Positions 61,975 through 64,000 of a DNA stretch of 64,000 nucleotides are shown here, in pieces; within the stretch, counting starts at the first letter, position 1; the number at the start of each line of letters is the position of its first letter. The stretch lies in assembly GCA_024679065.1 (NCBI GenBank), contig JAGIQG010000014.1, forward strand, positions 30,690,001 through 30,754,000, read 5' to 3'. Source of the stretch: Sphyrna mokarran (taxonomy: Eukaryota). The notes beneath the pieces were generated by a model. The model was not told the origin of the DNA. It ran no database searches and saw only the letters and a list, made by a program, of their open reading frames with translations. The translations under genes and the position numbers were made by a program.

Positions 61975-63560
61975 CTGGTCAAAGATAGAGAGGTGCTTAT
62001 GAAGAACAGAGAGGCATTTAGCATTCACTAGAAGGAGCACTTCAAGGACCTCTTTAAAGAATCTCTGTCTTTAATGTGAGTGTCCTAGACTCCATTCCAC
62101 AGAATGACACCTGTCACCATCTCAGCACAACCCCAACCTGGCATGAGTTAGAAAAATAACAACAGCTAAAGGTCAACATGGTATTAGGAGCAGATGGAAT
62201 CTCTGTGCAGAGCTAAAACATGGCAGAGAAGCACAATTGAAGTGAATACATGACTTAATTTATCTGGAAGGAGGAGAATATGCCGAGAGATCCCTAAAAT
62301 GCCATAAACATGACCATCTTTAGGGAGGGTGACAAATCCGACTGCAGGAACTACAGAGGAATTTCCCAGTTATAGATTACAGGAAAGGTTGTCACAAAAG
62401 ACTTCCATAATCACCTTTTCCCTGTGGCTGAAGAGCTTCCCCCCAATGCAGACACTGCCCAGCAAGGGCAAAACAGACATGATCTTCAATGTATGGCAAC
62501 TACAAGAGAAATGCGGAGAATAGCATCAATCCTTGTACATAGTCTTCTTGATCTCACAAAGACACTGCCAACTGTGGGGGATTATAGTTCATCCTCTTCT
62601 GTCTGAGCTGCCCATGATGACAGTAAACCGTGATCCTGACCAAAGGAACCATCACATTTGGACTGGGGTTAAGTAAGGCTAAGTTGTTGAACAAATGTTC
62701 TTCTTGGTCTTCCTTGCTGCAGTGTTTCATCTCACCAAGCTCTAAGCCATTGTCAATACCTTCACCAAGGTATTTGTAAACATGGGCCTTACACTAAATA
62801 TCTGTAGGACCAAAATCTTCTAATAAACTACCCCCACCACACAACACTATCCTCCACTTATCAAAGTCTGTGTCAAGGTCTTGAACAATGTGGACCACTT
62901 TGTATACCTTGGGAACCTACTGTCAACAAGGGCAGACATAAACGGCGAGTTCAACATTGCCTTCCTTATGACAGCGAAGCTTTCGATTGCCTGAGAAAGA
63001 GAATGTTTGATGACCAGTATCTCAGACACAGCACCAAGCTCATGGTCTACAGAACTGCGCTATCTGTACTCCTATATGGCTCAGAGATGTGAACAATATA
63101 CAGCAGGCACCTCAAAAACCCTGGAGAAGTACCACCAGTGCTGATTCCTGCAAACCACTGGCTCATCAACGTCAGTGTTCTTGCTCAGGCCAACATCCTC
63201 AGCTTTGAAGCATTGACTATCCTTGACCAGCTTCGTTTGATGGGCTACATTGTCTACATGCTCAACACAAGACTCCTGAAATGGTCTACTCAGATCTTCA
63301 AATGGCAGGTGAGCCCCTGGAGAGCAGAAATCCTGAAGGTCTCCTTGAAACAACATCGAAATCTGGAAATCCCTTGCCTAAGATGGTACGAAGTGAAGGA
63401 AAATTATTTGGGAGGAAGCTAAACACCTGAAGTTTCATCGCTGAGTGCAAGCTGAAGTTAAGATGAACAGCAAAAAAAAATGCATGGCAATCCAGGCACC
63501 TCACCCACTTAGTCCTCCAATCATCAGGTGCTATCTGTGACAGAGACTGTAGGTCATGCA
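61975..63560 (+). mobile_element. RTE-clade LINE, decayed RT
   Basis: DKSDCRNYRGIS, DMIFNVWQLQEKC, GLTLNICRTK, VDHFVYLGNLLS, LLYGSE. Confidence 0.8.
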
Positions 63561-63579
63561 AAATAGGAGAGCTGTCCTA

Positions 63580-64000
63580 TAATCATACCTTTCAGCAATA
63601 TTGCAGAAATCTCCATCACCATACCTGTTTAAGACCTGTCTCACTGGCTCATTAGATCTAACAGAGGTGGTGGCACAATGATATACATGCAAGAGAGCTC
63701 AACCCTGGGAGTCCTCAAAATTAACTCAGGATCTCTCAAAGTCTCATGGCATCAGGTCAAACATGAACAAGGAAACCTCCTGTTGATTGATGCCTCAGCT
63801 GATGAGTCAGTACCTCTCCATGTTGAACTGCACTTGGAAGAGGCACTAAGGGTAGGAAATGGACTTGATGATCTCCGGCTGAAGATTTCAGTGTCCATCA
63901 CCAAGAATGGTTCAGTAGCATTACAGCTGACTGAGCCAGCTGACCTTGAATGATATATCTGCAAGACTGTGTGAAGGAATGAAGGCAACCAAAGAGTATC
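63580..64000 (+). mobile_element. CR1-group endonuclease fragment
   Basis: RSNRGGGTMIY..SWHQVKHEQGNLLLI..SADESV. Confidence 0.65.

Noticed and set aside
1-64000. The many 60-130 aa ORFs in the track
   Set aside because: Most start at TTG/GTG, overlap SINE/LINE relics or their antisense strands, and show no domain motifs

Overview
AT-rich, repeat-dominated vertebrate DNA, very probably from a shark or other elasmobranch (many HE1/V-SINEs, CR1 LINEs with (TTCTATG)n tails, Rex1, RTE, Penelope-like and Harbinger relics). It is not prokaryotic, has no CRISPR array, and I cannot support any intact host gene. The only near-intact coding unit is a young, nearly full-length CR1 LINE (about 7191-11130): ORF1 is zinc finger + leucine zipper + SGNH esterase, ORF2 is AP endonuclease + RT. 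Best leads: (1) a U_UUA_AAC slippery site plus G-tract at the ORF1/ORF2 junction, suggesting -1 ribosomal frameshifting; (2) a CR1 family in two copies whose 3' UTR holds a nested stem-loop module and a captured V-SINE; (3) a Penelope-derived palindrome with 90-bp arms, a minimal hammerhead motif and a 13-bp TSD; (4) a decayed UACA-family coiled-coil exon on the minus strand; (5) a 145-bp direct duplication around a CR1 insertion. All family names come from motifs recognised by eye, not database searches, and boundaries of old repeats are approximate.
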